A stretch of 64,000 nucleotides of DNA from NCBI GenBank assembly GCA_900767415.1, contig CAAFYZ010000045.1, positions 5,777-69,776 on the forward strand, read 5' to 3'. A program made the translations under genes and the position numbers. The number at the start of each line of letters is the position of its first letter. Positions within the stretch are counted from its first letter, which is position 1. The notes beneath the pieces were generated by a model. It had not been told where the DNA came from. It searched no databases and saw nothing but the letters and a program-made list of their open reading frames with translations. This stretch comes from Clostridia bacterium (lineage in GTDB: Bacteria; Bacillota; Clostridia; Oscillospirales; CAG-272). Of this stretch, positions 1 through 9,697 are shown piece by piece.

Positions 1-306
1 GGTGTAAGCAAAGACGCCACGTTGAAAGAGTGTGATATTCCGTTTGGCTCATATAACATTCTGCAAAACCGCGGGAAAGACAGATTGGTGTATACTTGCA
101 ACACGGCGAATGTTCGCGTTTTTTATACGGACGATCATTATAAATCTTTTGCTGAACTGACAGCATTTCAATTGCAATTGACAAGAAATATATTTTGGAT
201 TATTTTTGCTTGTTATTCTGTGGGGCTTGTTGCCTTTTATGTCGGAATAAGTGTTTCCGAAAGGAAGAAGTCGTGTCAAGAACAATTTTCTGAGGAAAAT
301 ACATAA
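1..306 (+). CDS. hypothetical membrane-anchored protein, 3' end only (gene starts upstream of window)
   Basis: Frame 1 is open from base 1 to TAA at 304-306. There is a C-terminal hydrophobic helix IFWIIFACYSVGLVAFYVGISV, followed by a hairpin+T-run terminator. The segment is visibly AT-richer than the rest of the window. Confidence 0.45.
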   Translation, partial: GVSKDATLKECDIPFGSYNILQNRGKDRLVYTCNTANVRVFYTDDHYKSFAELTAFQLQLTRNIFWIIFACYSVGLVAFYVGISVSERKKSCQEQFSEENT

Positions 307-315
307 AACAACAAA

Positions 316-349
316 GGGGCGGGTCAGATGACCCGCCCCGGATTTTTTT
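316..349 (+). terminator. intrinsic terminator, possibly bidirectional (also lies 3' of the convergent 363-1223 gene)
   Basis: GGGGCGGGTC-agat-GACCCGCCCC stem followed by GGATTTTTTT. Confidence 0.7.
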
Positions 350-362
350 ACGCGAAGACCGA

Positions 363-1223
363 TTAAGAAAACGGCGTAGACCAAAGCGTCTTTTGATCGA
401 AGCCGAAGACCTGCACGACCTCCACCTTGTCGGAGGTCGCGAGATCGTAGGGGAGAACGAGCGCGTGATCGCAAAGATCGATGCCCGCCGCCGCGGCATA
501 GGCATACCACACAAGGTGCGCGCATTGGGTGCCGACGGCGATCGTGTTTTTATCCGTAAAAATCCCGGCGAACGCATGGTAAGGAATTCCGTGAAGGTTT
601 TCTCTCGCGTAGGCCGCGACCGCTTTGCGGGTGGCGGCGTCTGCCTTCGGACGCAGGATCATAAAATTCATGCGGTTCGTAAAATCGCCGACCGTCCCGA
701 TGCGGGAGGTCTGTCCGTATGCCGTCGCCTGCAATACCTCGCCTCTTTCGGCGTCGGTTACTATGCCGGCGTGTCCCATGCGGAAGGCGGAAAAGTGCGT
801 GGAGGAAGTGATCAGAATATCCCCGTCTTCCAAAAATCCGACGACCGAAAGCTTTCCGTCCGCGAGATAATCGGTGCACATCAGAGGGGCAAAAACATCA
901 TGCTCTACTTCATATTTCGTAAAGCGACACGCCTGCACGGAAAGAATCCCGACAATCCCGTCCTCGCCGCGCGTGCGCGCACGGTCGATGCCGATCTTCG
1001 TCAGTCCGGTCTGCCGATACAGAAGAGCATAGTCTTCTTCGGAGAGCGTTTGTTTGCGGAGGAGGGATTCGATCCCGATTTTTTCTTCCGTCGGCATAGA
1101 GACGGCCGCTTCTGCGTCGGAGAGAAGAAAGGCAAAACAGAGAAAAAGATACAGAACGCACGCCACTATCAAAATGACGGAAAAGAGCGGGAAGAAACCG
1201 CGGCGCGTCTTGGGGCGTCTCAT
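363..1223 (-). CDS. YiiX/YaeF-like permuted papain-fold (NlpC/P60 superfamily) amidase with N-terminal membrane anchor
   Basis: GDILITSSTHFSAFRMGHAGIV and the C-terminal QCAHLVWYAY fit the permuted His...Cys layout of the YiiX family. N-terminal TM segment FFPLFSVILIVACVLYLFLCFAFLL. Start set at ATG 1223 (AAGGAG 8 nt upstream) rather than the ORF-track start at 1301. Confidence 0.6.
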   Translation of the reverse strand: MRRPKTRRGFFPLFSVILIVACVLYLFLCFAFLLSDAEAAVSMPTEEKIGIESLLRKQTLSEEDYALLYRQTGLTKIGIDRARTRGEDGIVGILSVQACRFTKYEVEHDVFAPLMCTDYLADGKLSVVGFLEDGDILITSSTHFSAFRMGHAGIVTDAERGEVLQATAYGQTSRIGTVGDFTNRMNFMILRPKADAATRKAVAAYARENLHGIPYHAFAGIFTDKNTIAVGTQCAHLVWYAYAAAAGIDLCDHALVLPYDLATSDKVEVVQVFGFDQKTLWSTPFS

Positions 1224-1397
1224 GCGAAAATCTCCTTTTTTTCGGAATCCGACACGGTTTTTCTTGTGTCTTATTGTGCCCGGATATGAAAAGAATAACA
1301 AAAAGAGACGTTTCTTTCAAGGATTGCTATGGGAACGAAACAAAAATTTTTCTCCGTAGGATCGACGGCACTTTTCTCTCTCTCTTGTAGAGTCCGC

Positions 1398-1426
1398 TTG
1401 ACAGGACGGGGAAAAGATGCTATACT
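1398..1426 (+). promoter_or_regulatory. sigma-A-type promoter of the 1521-3809 lipoprotein gene
   Basis: TTGACA (1398-1403), 17-bp spacer, TATACT (1421-1426). Confidence 0.65.
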
Positions 1427-1520
1427 GAAGTTACATCGACGCGGCGCGAAAGAGCGGTACTTCGGCTCTTTTTTTCGAAAGTGCGGCGCGGTATTTGACA
1501 AAGATACGAAGGAGAAAAAG

Positions 1521-3809
1521 ATGAAACAACGGAGTATTCGCGCACTTTTTCTGACGCTGCTGCTTTTTTCTTTGATTTTTTGCGGGTTGGTCTCCTGCGA
1601 CCTTGTCGGGGTGTCGGGAAAGAAGGACTGCACCGCCACCTTCGTGGTCGGCGAACACGCATATTCTGTGCGTACCGCCGGCGGCTCCGTGCCCGTGTAC
1701 CCGAACGGCACGCCCGAAAAAGAACCGCAGGACGGAAAAGAGTTCGTCTTTATCGGTTGGTCGCCCACCCTCGGGAAAATATCGGAAGACACGACCTATA
1801 CCGCGCTTTTTGAGGAGAGGACGCGCCGCTTTGACATTACCGTAAAGGTTACCCCCGAGGGGGCGGGTTCCGTCTTCGGAGAGGGAAAAGCCGAGACGGG
1901 GAGCGATGCGATCCTGCGCGTGGAAGAGGCGAAGGGGTACCGCTTTCTCGGTTGGTATGAAAACGGAAAAGCGACGGGCAATTCGGCAGAAAAGCAAATA
2001 ACTCTTTACAATATAGAAGAAAATCGGGAGATCGAAGCACGCTTTGCGCCGATTTCCTTCCCGATCACCTATTGCGTGCCGAACGGAACGATTAACGAAA
2101 ACCCCGAGACGTACGACATCACGATGGGCGAGGTGGTGCTCAAAGTGCCACGGCGGGACGGGTATATTTTCGACGGCTTTACCACCGAGGCGGACGGGAA
2201 GGGAGAGCGCGTCCGCACGCTCACCTACGATCTTGTCTCCGTCTCTCCTACCCTGTATGCGAACTTTGTCCCCTCGGCAAAGGTGACCTTCTGCGTGACG
2301 GGGGACAAGACGGTGTATATCGAAGAAGATTTTGTCCTCGGGCGCGTGCCGAGCCCGCCCGCGATCGACGGGGCGGCATACGGCATGAGTGCCTATGCGG
2401 TGCGGGGGTGGTACGCCGACGAAGCGTGCGGGACACCCGCCGATTTTTCCCTCCCGCCCGAGACCGGCATGATATATTATGCGGTGTGGGAATACCGCGG
2501 GAACACGGGATTTGCCCCGTATCTTGAAAAATTCGTTGCCGCGCGTGCGTCGGGGACGGTGCACGTCTCTTCGGAAGAAGAGTTGATCGCGCTTGTGGAT
2601 TTCGTCCGATTCTGCAATCTCTCCGAAGACGCGCAGATCCGCGTGGAATTTTCTTCCGCGTTCTGCCCGACGTTTGAAAATGCGAAACAGTTGTCCGCCT
2701 ACGTTTCTTCTCTGATCGAACGCGGAGAATTCCCGAATTCGATCGGGCTGAGTTATTCCTACTCTTCCGATTCCTATCGTTTAAGTGCCGTCTTCTCTTC
2801 GCAGAGCGTGGAGAGTGAGGGGACACTGTGCGCCGATCCCGACGGCACGGGGCAGTATCTGCAATATGAATATGCGCATCGGATCACCTCCCCGGGGCGC
2901 GCCGCGGATTTTGACGCTTTTCCTATCGAAAATATCAAAAGCACGCTCGCCGTCTCCACCTCCAATCAGCTCGTGTACGCGCTGGAACACGGCTTCCGTC
3001 CGCTCCCCGAGGCGGGGAGTACCGCCGAGCGGGTGTATCTTGCCGCCAAGGCGGTCCTGCGGCGGATCGTCGATGACGATATGAACGACTTTGACAAGCT
3101 CCGCGCCATCTACGAATGGCTGATACTGACCGTGCGATACGACCATACGGCGGCGGACGAGGTCGGGACGGACTGGCGGTTCTATGACGCGTGGTATCCC
3201 GAGGGCGTCTTCTTTTGTCATGCGGCGGTCTGCGACGGCATCGCAAAAAGTTTTCTGATTCTTGCAAGGATCGAGAACATCGCCTGCGTCCGCGTTTCGG
3301 GAACGTCGATCGGCGGGGTCGGACACGCATGGAACAAGGTCTGTCTTGACGGCGCATGGTACGGCGTCGATGCGACGGAGGGGAATCTTTCCGTCGGGAA
3401 AGAAGAGTATTTAAGTTATACGGCGTTCCTTTTCACCGACGCATATAAAGAACAAAAATATCGCTTTACGATCCTGCCGAAGACTGCCACCCCGCAGGAC
3501 GGGATCAACGTCTACGCCCGCATGGAATTCGGCGAAGGGCTTTTGCGTTACGATCTGTATCTGAACGGTATCGCAGAGCTTGAGCGTCTCGCCGCCGCGA
3601 TGAGACGCTACACCTCCGACGCGGGCGGCTATGACGGCGTGACCTCGCACCGCTACGTTACCGTGGAGGTCGCCGTCGCCGACGGCTCGGGCGTGACGCC
3701 CGATCTTCTGTGTCGGAAACTTGGGGTGAGCACCTACGTCTCTCTGACGGCGTCCGACGGCATCTCGGTCTATGCCCTCCGTCTTCCCCTTCCCGAGAGC
3801 AGGGGCTGA
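1521..3809 (+). CDS. lipoprotein with Listeria-Bacteroides-type repeats and a C-terminal transglutaminase-like cysteine protease core
   Basis: Lipobox LFSLIFCGLVS|C after MKQRSIRALF, with AAGGAG RBS at 1509-1514. Four F/Y-x-GW...LYA/YAxW repeats (FIGWSP, YRFLGWYENG, YIFDGFTTEADG, VRGWYADEACG). Cys-His-Asp core CDGIAKSF...GHAWNKVCLDGAWYGVDAT. Confidence 0.8.
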   Translation: MKQRSIRALFLTLLLFSLIFCGLVSCDLVGVSGKKDCTATFVVGEHAYSVRTAGGSVPVYPNGTPEKEPQDGKEFVFIGWSPTLGKISEDTTYTALFEERTRRFDITVKVTPEGAGSVFGEGKAETGSDAILRVEEAKGYRFLGWYENGKATGNSAEKQITLYNIEENREIEARFAPISFPITYCVPNGTINENPETYDITMGEVVLKVPRRDGYIFDGFTTEADGKGERVRTLTYDLVSVSPTLYANFVPSAKVTFCVTGDKTVYIEEDFVLGRVPSPPAIDGAAYGMSAYAVRGWYADEACGTPADFSLPPETGMIYYAVWEYRGNTGFAPYLEKFVAARASGTVHVSSEEELIALVDFVRFCNLSEDAQIRVEFSSAFCPTFENAKQLSAYVSSLIERGEFPNSIGLSYSYSSDSYRLSAVFSSQSVESEGTLCADPDGTGQYLQYEYAHRITSPGRAADFDAFPIENIKSTLAVSTSNQLVYALEHGFRPLPEAGSTAERVYLAAKAVLRRIVDDDMNDFDKLRAIYEWLILTVRYDHTAADEVGTDWRFYDAWYPEGVFFCHAAVCDGIAKSFLILARIENIACVRVSGTSIGGVGHAWNKVCLDGAWYGVDATEGNLSVGKEEYLSYTAFLFTDAYKEQKYRFTILPKTATPQDGINVYARMEFGEGLLRYDLYLNGIAELERLAAAMRRYTSDAGGYDGVTSHRYVTVEVAVADGSGVTPDLLCRKLGVSTYVSLTASDGISVYALRLPLPESRG

Positions 3810-3841
3810 CCCTTATCGTCTTCGCAAAGAAAAAGAAAAAA

Positions 3842-3882
3842 CCGTCGCAGGGGAAAATCCCCGGGGTGCGACGGCTTTTTTC
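3842..3882 (+). terminator. intrinsic terminator
   Basis: CCGTCGCA...TGCGACGG stem enclosing GGGGaaaatCCCC, followed by CTTTTTTC. Confidence 0.7.
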
Positions 3883-3969
3883 TTTCGGGAGAGTTTTTCG
3901 CGGGCAGGCAGGGTGCGTTGCACCGCAGAAAGTGTTTTTTTAAGTCCCGCGACGGGCGAGGGCGGAAAT

Positions 3970-4752
3970 TTATGCTTTTTCGTCTCCGAAGAAGTAGGCG
4001 AGCGTGCGCTCGATCTCGTCGTCCCAGAACTCCCAGGAATGAATCCCGGGGGCTTCGCGGTAGCGGTGCGGCACAGCGGCTTCGGTGAGAAGGGATTCCA
4101 TCTTGCGGGTGCAGGGGAGAAGGGGGTCTTCGGTACCGCAGGAGAGATAGATTTTTTCGGGGAGTGTCCCTTCGCGGATTGCGGTTTTCGCAAGGGCGTA
4201 GACGTCGTTTTCGGAGCCCCTGATTTTTTCAAACGGGCCGAAGACGTCCGCCCAATACGAAGCGTCGATATAGATGTGATGCGAGTCCGCGGGGTCGAGC
4301 GCGCCCGAGAAGGATGCGACCCCGGCGAATGTCCCGGGATTGCGGAGCGCGATTTTCAGTGCGCCGTAGCCGCCCATCGAGAGTCCGGCGATATAGTTCA
4401 TTTCCTTTTTGTCACTCATGCCGCGGAAAAAGGAGCGGCAGAGGGCGGGGACTTCTTTTGCGATGTAGGTATAGTAATTTCCGCCGTGCGCCATGTCGCA
4501 GTACCAGCTGCGGTGCGCGTTCGGCATGACGACGGCAATGCCGTAGCGGGAGGCGTAACGCTCGATTGACGTGCGCCGCTCCCAGATCGTGTGGTCGTCC
4601 GAGAGCCCGTGCAGAAGGTAGAGCGTCTTGAATTCTTCGGTACGGGAGCCGCCCATGCCGATCTGCGTAGTCGCGGACTGCGGGAGGATCACCGCAACCT
4701 CCGACGCCATACCGAGTGCGTCGGAGTGAAAGTTCAGAGTCAGAAATGCCAT
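3970..4752 (-). CDS. esterase family alpha/beta hydrolase (esterase D / S-formylglutathione hydrolase-like)
   Basis: LLHGLSDDH and nucleophile elbow GLSMGG. AAGGAG RBS upstream of ATG 4752. Confidence 0.8.
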   Translation of the reverse strand: MAFLTLNFHSDALGMASEVAVILPQSATTQIGMGGSRTEEFKTLYLLHGLSDDHTIWERRTSIERYASRYGIAVVMPNAHRSWYCDMAHGGNYYTYIAKEVPALCRSFFRGMSDKKEMNYIAGLSMGGYGALKIALRNPGTFAGVASFSGALDPADSHHIYIDASYWADVFGPFEKIRGSENDVYALAKTAIREGTLPEKIYLSCGTEDPLLPCTRKMESLLTEAAVPHRYREAPGIHSWEFWDDEIERTLAYFFGDEKA

Positions 4753-4781
4753 GAGTTTATCTCCTTGTTGAAAAGTATTCT

Positions 4782-6236
4782 TTACAATTTTCCGTCACTT
4801 TCGGGAAGTCTCCCGTAAAGGGCGGCAAGTTTTTGAAAAGCAGAGGTGTCGATCGAGGCGAGCTGTTCTTTTGTTACGCGGAACGCCCAGTTGTCCTCCG
4901 ACGTGCCGGGCGTATTCAGACGGGTGTCCCGCCCGAAACGGAGAAGGTCCTGAATCGGAAGGATCAGAATCCCCGCGTGTGAGGCGTACATGGTACGGAA
5001 GACGGGGTCGATCGCATCGCCGATCTCCTCCCCGGGATAACCGACATAGTCGAAAACGTACCGCCGCGTCTTCGGGTCGAGGTCGAAAAGGTAGCCGAGG
5101 AGCGTGTTGTTGTCGTGCGTGCCGGTGTAGGCGACGCAGTTATGTTCGTAATTGTGGGGCAGGTGCGGGGAGTCGTCGCCGAAGAAAGCGAACTGCAACA
5201 CCCGCATTCCGGGCAGTCCCGAGGCGACAAGCAGTTTTTTCACCGCGGGGGTGATCTCTCCGAGGTCTTCCGCGATCAGAAGGCAGTCGCCCGCCGCCTC
5301 GCGGAGTGCACGGACGAGAGCCATGCCCGGTCCTTTGCGCCAGACGCCCTCCCGCGCGGTCGTCGCACCGGCGGGAACGGCAAAGTATGCCTCGATCCCG
5401 CGGAAGTGGTCGATCCGCACCCCGTCGAACATCTCGCTCATGAAGGCGATGCGCCGCCGCCAAAAGGCGAAACCGTCTTCTTTCATCTTCTTATAGTTGT
5501 AGAGCGGGTTGCCCCAGAGCTGACCGTCGGCGGAAAAATAGTCGGGCGGCACGCCCGCCACCTCGGTCGGGTGTCCCTTCCCGTCGAGCAGGAAGTTCTC
5601 GGGGGAGAAGAAGACGTCGGCACTGTCCTCGGCGACATAGATCGGCAGGTCGCCGACGATCCGCACGCCGTGCGCATTCGCGTATGCTTTGAGCGAGAGC
5701 CATTCGCTATACGCTTCATAGGACAGGAACTCCCATGCGCGAAGTACCTCTTCGTCCGCACACCCGTTTTCCCACAGGGTGTGGTGGCGATCGCCGTTCG
5801 ATGCGCGCAGAGCCATAAAGCGGCAGAATTTTGCCGTATCGGGGTGCGCGGCGAGAAAGGCGTCGATCGGCGCACGGTCGGTGACGCGCGCCGCCGCGCG
5901 GAAGAGAAGGGGCAGTCTTTCTTTGTCGAGGCGGGAGAACTCGCAGGTGTAGGAGATCTTCTCTTTTGCCGACGCACATTCTTCCTTCGTCAGGAGTCCC
6001 TTCTTTTCGAGCGTGTCGAGATCGATAAAATTCGGATTCAGACTGAACGAACTGTAAGACTTATAGGGAGAATGACATTCGTCCGGCAGACAGAAGGGGA
6101 GCACCTGCCATACGGAGAAGCCACCCGCCGCGAGAAAATCGACGAAGCGGTATGCCCCCTCGCCGAAGTCCCCCTCACCGTATTTCCCGGGGAGCATGGA
6201 GACGGGCATCAGGACACCGACACAGCGTTTTTGCAT
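4782..6236 (-). CDS. malQ: 4-alpha-glucanotransferase (amylomaltase, GH77)
   Basis: Full-length similarity pattern: GVLMPVSMLPG...GDFG, WQVLPF, WGNPLYNY, RIDHFRG, IAEDLG, YTGTHDN. Start set at ATG 6236 (GGAGG 5 nt upstream); the ORF-track start at 6248 is a TTG inside the RBS. Confidence 0.9.
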   Translation of the reverse strand: MQKRCVGVLMPVSMLPGKYGEGDFGEGAYRFVDFLAAGGFSVWQVLPFCLPDECHSPYKSYSSFSLNPNFIDLDTLEKKGLLTKEECASAKEKISYTCEFSRLDKERLPLLFRAAARVTDRAPIDAFLAAHPDTAKFCRFMALRASNGDRHHTLWENGCADEEVLRAWEFLSYEAYSEWLSLKAYANAHGVRIVGDLPIYVAEDSADVFFSPENFLLDGKGHPTEVAGVPPDYFSADGQLWGNPLYNYKKMKEDGFAFWRRRIAFMSEMFDGVRIDHFRGIEAYFAVPAGATTAREGVWRKGPGMALVRALREAAGDCLLIAEDLGEITPAVKKLLVASGLPGMRVLQFAFFGDDSPHLPHNYEHNCVAYTGTHDNNTLLGYLFDLDPKTRRYVFDYVGYPGEEIGDAIDPVFRTMYASHAGILILPIQDLLRFGRDTRLNTPGTSEDNWAFRVTKEQLASIDTSAFQKLAALYGRLPESDGKL

Positions 6237-6263
6237 AATTTCCTCCAATATGCGAAGAAATGT

Positions 6264-7499
6264 TTACTTTTCAAACTTCTTTGTGAAGAGATCCGAGAGC
6301 GTCGAAAGGATTTCGACGACCCGATCCATGCCTTCGACCGTCGTATGCTCGCACGGACCGTGGCAGGCGGCGCCCCCGGTGCCGAGGTTCGGGCAGGGGA
6401 GTCCCATGAAGGAAAGCCGCGCACCGTCCGTACCGCCGCGGATCGGATAGACCGCGGGCGAAAGTCCCGCCCTGCGTGTCGCCTCTTCGGCAAGGTCGAT
6501 GAGGAAGATCACGGGTTCGATCTTCTCTTTCATATTGTAATAACTGTCTTTGACGGTGAGGGTCAGCGTCCCCTCGCCCCATTTTTTATTCAGAAGGTCG
6601 GCAACCTCGGCGATCCTGCGCTTTTTCTCTTCGAATTTTGCGCGGTCGTGGTCGCGGATGATATAGGTGAGTTTTGCCTCGGCGACCTCTCCCGTCACCG
6701 AAAGAAGGTGGAAGAATCCCTCATATCCCTCGGTCTTCTCGGGGACTTCGTCGGCGGGGAGCAGAGACTGGAATTCGCAGGCGATCGCACCCGCATTTTT
6801 CATGATGCCCTTTGCCGAGCCGGGATGGACGTTAAAGCCCGTGATCTGCACGACGGCAGAGGCGGCGTTGAAGTTTTCGTATTCGATCTCGCCTTCCAAC
6901 CCGCCGTCCACCGTATAGGCGTACGTCGCACCGAATCTTTTGACGTCGAAGAAGTCCGCGCCCCGTCCGATCTCCTCGTCGGGGGTAAAGCCGATGGCGA
7001 CGGCGCCGTGCGGACGCCCCGAGGCGAGAAGCTCTTCGGCGAAGGTCATGATCTCGGCGATGCCCGCCTTGTCGTCCGCACCGAGGACGGTGGTGCCGTC
7101 CGAGGTGATCAGGGTTCTGCCCGCCATGGCGGCAAGGTGAGGGAAGTCGCGAACACGAAGTGTCCGCTCGGAGCCGTCCGCCCCGTGCAGAACGAGGTCT
7201 TTGCCGTCGTAGTTTTCATGCAGGGTCGGTACGGGGGCGTGGGAGCAGAAGTCGGAGACGGTATCCATGTGGGCGATCAGTCCGAGGGTCGGCACGTGCT
7301 CGTATCCCGCCGTCGCGGGGATCTTCCCGTAAACATAGCACTTTTCGTCGGCTTCGGCGTCGATGCCGAGGGCGCGCAGCTCTCCGACGAGCAGATTGGC
7401 AAGGTCGAACTGGCAGGCACTGCTCGGCGTGCTTTCACTTTCTTCATTGCTCGGCGTCCATACCGCCGCATAGCGTAAAAGTCTTTCGTAAGCTTTCAT
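6264..7499 (-). CDS. pepT: peptidase T (tripeptide aminopeptidase, M20B)
   Basis: N-terminal MKAYERLLRYAAVWTPS, GLIAHMDTV and GADDKAGIAEIM motifs typical of PepT. Confidence 0.9.
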   Translation of the reverse strand: MKAYERLLRYAAVWTPSNEESESTPSSACQFDLANLLVGELRALGIDAEADEKCYVYGKIPATAGYEHVPTLGLIAHMDTVSDFCSHAPVPTLHENYDGKDLVLHGADGSERTLRVRDFPHLAAMAGRTLITSDGTTVLGADDKAGIAEIMTFAEELLASGRPHGAVAIGFTPDEEIGRGADFFDVKRFGATYAYTVDGGLEGEIEYENFNAASAVVQITGFNVHPGSAKGIMKNAGAIACEFQSLLPADEVPEKTEGYEGFFHLLSVTGEVAEAKLTYIIRDHDRAKFEEKKRRIAEVADLLNKKWGEGTLTLTVKDSYYNMKEKIEPVIFLIDLAEEATRRAGLSPAVYPIRGGTDGARLSFMGLPCPNLGTGGAACHGPCEHTTVEGMDRVVEILSTLSDLFTKKFEK

Positions 7500-7533
7500 A
7501 ATACTCTCCGTTTTAATAACTATTATTTACATT

Positions 7534-8610
7534 TTATTTTGTTTTATTGATAAAATCGGTGAAATAGCGAAAGGCGGACGGAATCGCGTAGGCATCCCGA
7601 AGCTCACCGGGGCGCGCCGCGATAAAGCCCTCCGGCACCTTATCACAAGCGGCAAGATACCCCGTCATGTGCCATTCCGCATGGGTGAAGATGTGTACCG
7701 CCTCACCGATCGGCGAAAGATCGCGCACTTCGATGCCGAGTTCTTTCACGGCGGCTTTTGCCCGGATTTCACCGAGCCGCCCCGTCACCGAGGGGAATTC
7801 GTACAGCCCCGCGAGCAGTCCGTGCGTCGGACGACGGCGGATCAGATACCGATCGTCCGCGCGGCAGAGGAAGACCGTGCGCTCTTCGATGCGCCGCGGC
7901 TTTTTCGGTGCTTTGGCGGGGAGAAGAGCGACGATGTGTCCCGCCCGCGCCCCGCAGGTGTCCCGGAGCGGGCAGGCGTCGCAGAGTGCCTCGCCGTTCG
8001 GAATACAGACGTTCTCGCCGAGCTGCATCAGTGCCTCGGTAAAGCGACGCGCGTCGTCACCCGAAGGATAGCGGGCACGCAAAAAGTCCGCCACTTGCTT
8101 TTTCGTTTTTTCGAGAGAGATGTCCGCGTCCGAGGCATAGTAACGCATCAGCACGCGAAGTACGTTCCCGTCCACCGCCGGCTCGGGAAGTCCGAAGGCG
8201 ATCGACGCAATGGCACCGGCGGTATACGCACCAATCCCGGGGAGCGCGCGGAGCGCGGCGGGATCCTGTGGCAGGACGCCGTGATATTTTTCCGCAAGAA
8301 GGAGTGCCGCCCGCCTGAGATTGCGCGCGCGGGAATAGTAGCCGAGACCTTCCCACAGTTTCATCAGCCGATCTTCGTCCACCGCCGCGAGGGCGGCAAG
8401 GTCGGGGAGTTCGGCGAGAAAGCGCTCGTAATAGGGAATGACGGCAGCCGTGCGCGTCTGCTGGAGCATGATTTCGGAGATCCAGACACGGTAGGGAGTC
8501 GGGTCGCTTCGCCACGGCAGGGGTTTCCCGTTTTCCGAAAGCCAGCGGAGAAGCGGCAGAATCACCTCGCGGGAAAACGTCTCTTTTTCGTCGTGAAAAA
8601 TCTCTTCCAT
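7534..8610 (-). CDS. mutY: A/G-specific adenine DNA glycosylase
   Basis: WISEIMLQQTRTAAVIPYYERF helix-hairpin-helix region, Fe-S cysteine cluster CIPNGEALCDACPLRDTC, C-terminal NUDIX-like domain. The start overlaps the upstream stop (TGATG). Confidence 0.9.
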   Translation of the reverse strand: MEEIFHDEKETFSREVILPLLRWLSENGKPLPWRSDPTPYRVWISEIMLQQTRTAAVIPYYERFLAELPDLAALAAVDEDRLMKLWEGLGYYSRARNLRRAALLLAEKYHGVLPQDPAALRALPGIGAYTAGAIASIAFGLPEPAVDGNVLRVLMRYYASDADISLEKTKKQVADFLRARYPSGDDARRFTEALMQLGENVCIPNGEALCDACPLRDTCGARAGHIVALLPAKAPKKPRRIEERTVFLCRADDRYLIRRRPTHGLLAGLYEFPSVTGRLGEIRAKAAVKELGIEVRDLSPIGEAVHIFTHAEWHMTGYLAACDKVPEGFIAARPGELRDAYAIPSAFRYFTDFINKTK

Positions 8611-9644
8611 CAGATTCCGAGATACCCTTTCAGCACTTTCAGCGTGTTTTCCACGCCCGCCTTGTGCGAGCGTTCGTAGCCGTGGCTCGCATAGACGCCC
8701 GCACCGATCAGTCCGTGGCGCAGATCCGCTCCGCCCGACAGCGTCGCCTCCACGTCCGAGCCGTAGTGCGGATAGACGTCGACCGCATAGTCGGCACCCT
8801 CCCGCTTCGCCGCGTCGATCAGTTTTCCGACGACGTCGTAACTGTAAGGACCGCCCGAATCCTTCGCGCAGATCGAGACCTGACGCTCGGTGCAGGAGAG
8901 TCCGTCGCCGACACAGCCCATATCCACGCTGATCGCCTCGGTGACCCCTTTCGGCACGGAGGCGGCACCGCCGTGCCCGACCTCTTCGTATACCGTGATG
9001 TGAAGATAGGTGCGGCGGGGGAGGTGGGCGTCCGTGTCTTTGCAGTATTTTGCAAAGGCGAGCAGAATACCGACCGAGAGTTTGTCGTCGAGGAAACGGC
9101 TCTTGATATAGCCGCTCTCCGTCACCCGCGTGCGGGGGTCGAAGGCGACGATGTCCCCGACCTCGATGCCGAGCGCGCGGGTCTTCTCCGCCGTGTCGGT
9201 GTCCTCGTCGAGGACGACCTCGGTCGTGTCGAAAGAACGCTTAGTATCCGCATAAGAGCCGTTGACGTGTACCGACGCGTTCAGAAGTTGCAGAGTCCCT
9301 TCGTAAAGATTCCCCATGCGGGTGTAGACCCGCACGTTTTCGCATTCGCCGTTCTCCGCGCGCATACCGCCGAGGGGGGTCAGACGCAGACGCCCGTTCC
9401 CTTTGATTTCGGCGACCATAGCGCCGAGCGTGTCGGTGTGCGCCTCGAGAAGGAGCGCGCCCTCCGTCCCCTCGCCGCCGAGATCGACCAGCACGCCGCC
9501 TTTTTCGGTCTCTGCGGCGGGGAAGCCGAGTGCCTCGAATTCTTCTTTTACAAAGCGGGCGGCACCGGCGGTAAAGCCCGTCGGGCTGTCGATTGCGAGC
9601 AGCTCGCGGCATTTTTCGGTTGCGAATTCCGCATAATCTTTCAT
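8610..9644 (-). CDS. M42 family metallopeptidase (glutamyl aminopeptidase / FrvX-like)
   Basis: LLLEAHTDTLG, RFLDDKLSV and TVYEEVGHGGA motifs. Start set at ATG 9644 (AAAGGAG upstream) rather than 9707. Confidence 0.85.
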   Translation of the reverse strand: MKDYAEFATEKCRELLAIDSPTGFTAGAARFVKEEFEALGFPAAETEKGGVLVDLGGEGTEGALLLEAHTDTLGAMVAEIKGNGRLRLTPLGGMRAENGECENVRVYTRMGNLYEGTLQLLNASVHVNGSYADTKRSFDTTEVVLDEDTDTAEKTRALGIEVGDIVAFDPRTRVTESGYIKSRFLDDKLSVGILLAFAKYCKDTDAHLPRRTYLHITVYEEVGHGGAASVPKGVTEAISVDMGCVGDGLSCTERQVSICAKDSGGPYSYDVVGKLIDAAKREGADYAVDVYPHYGSDVEATLSGGADLRHGLIGAGVYASHGYERSHKAGVENTLKVLKGYLGI

Positions 9645-9697
9645 TTCGTTTTCTCCTTTGCCATCGTCGGGAAACAAAATTCTTTCCTTAATTTCTA

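Noticed and set aside
5115-7478. 787-aa plus-strand ORF antisense to malQ and pepT. Similar cases: 48707-50605 (antisense to uvrC), 14803-16419 (helicase), 44396-46378 (pheT), 30478-31608 and 51496-52671 (the membrane protein genes).
   Set aside because: All lie opposite genes with strong family motifs. All show low-complexity Arg/Gly-rich translations and lack RBS or promoter signals.
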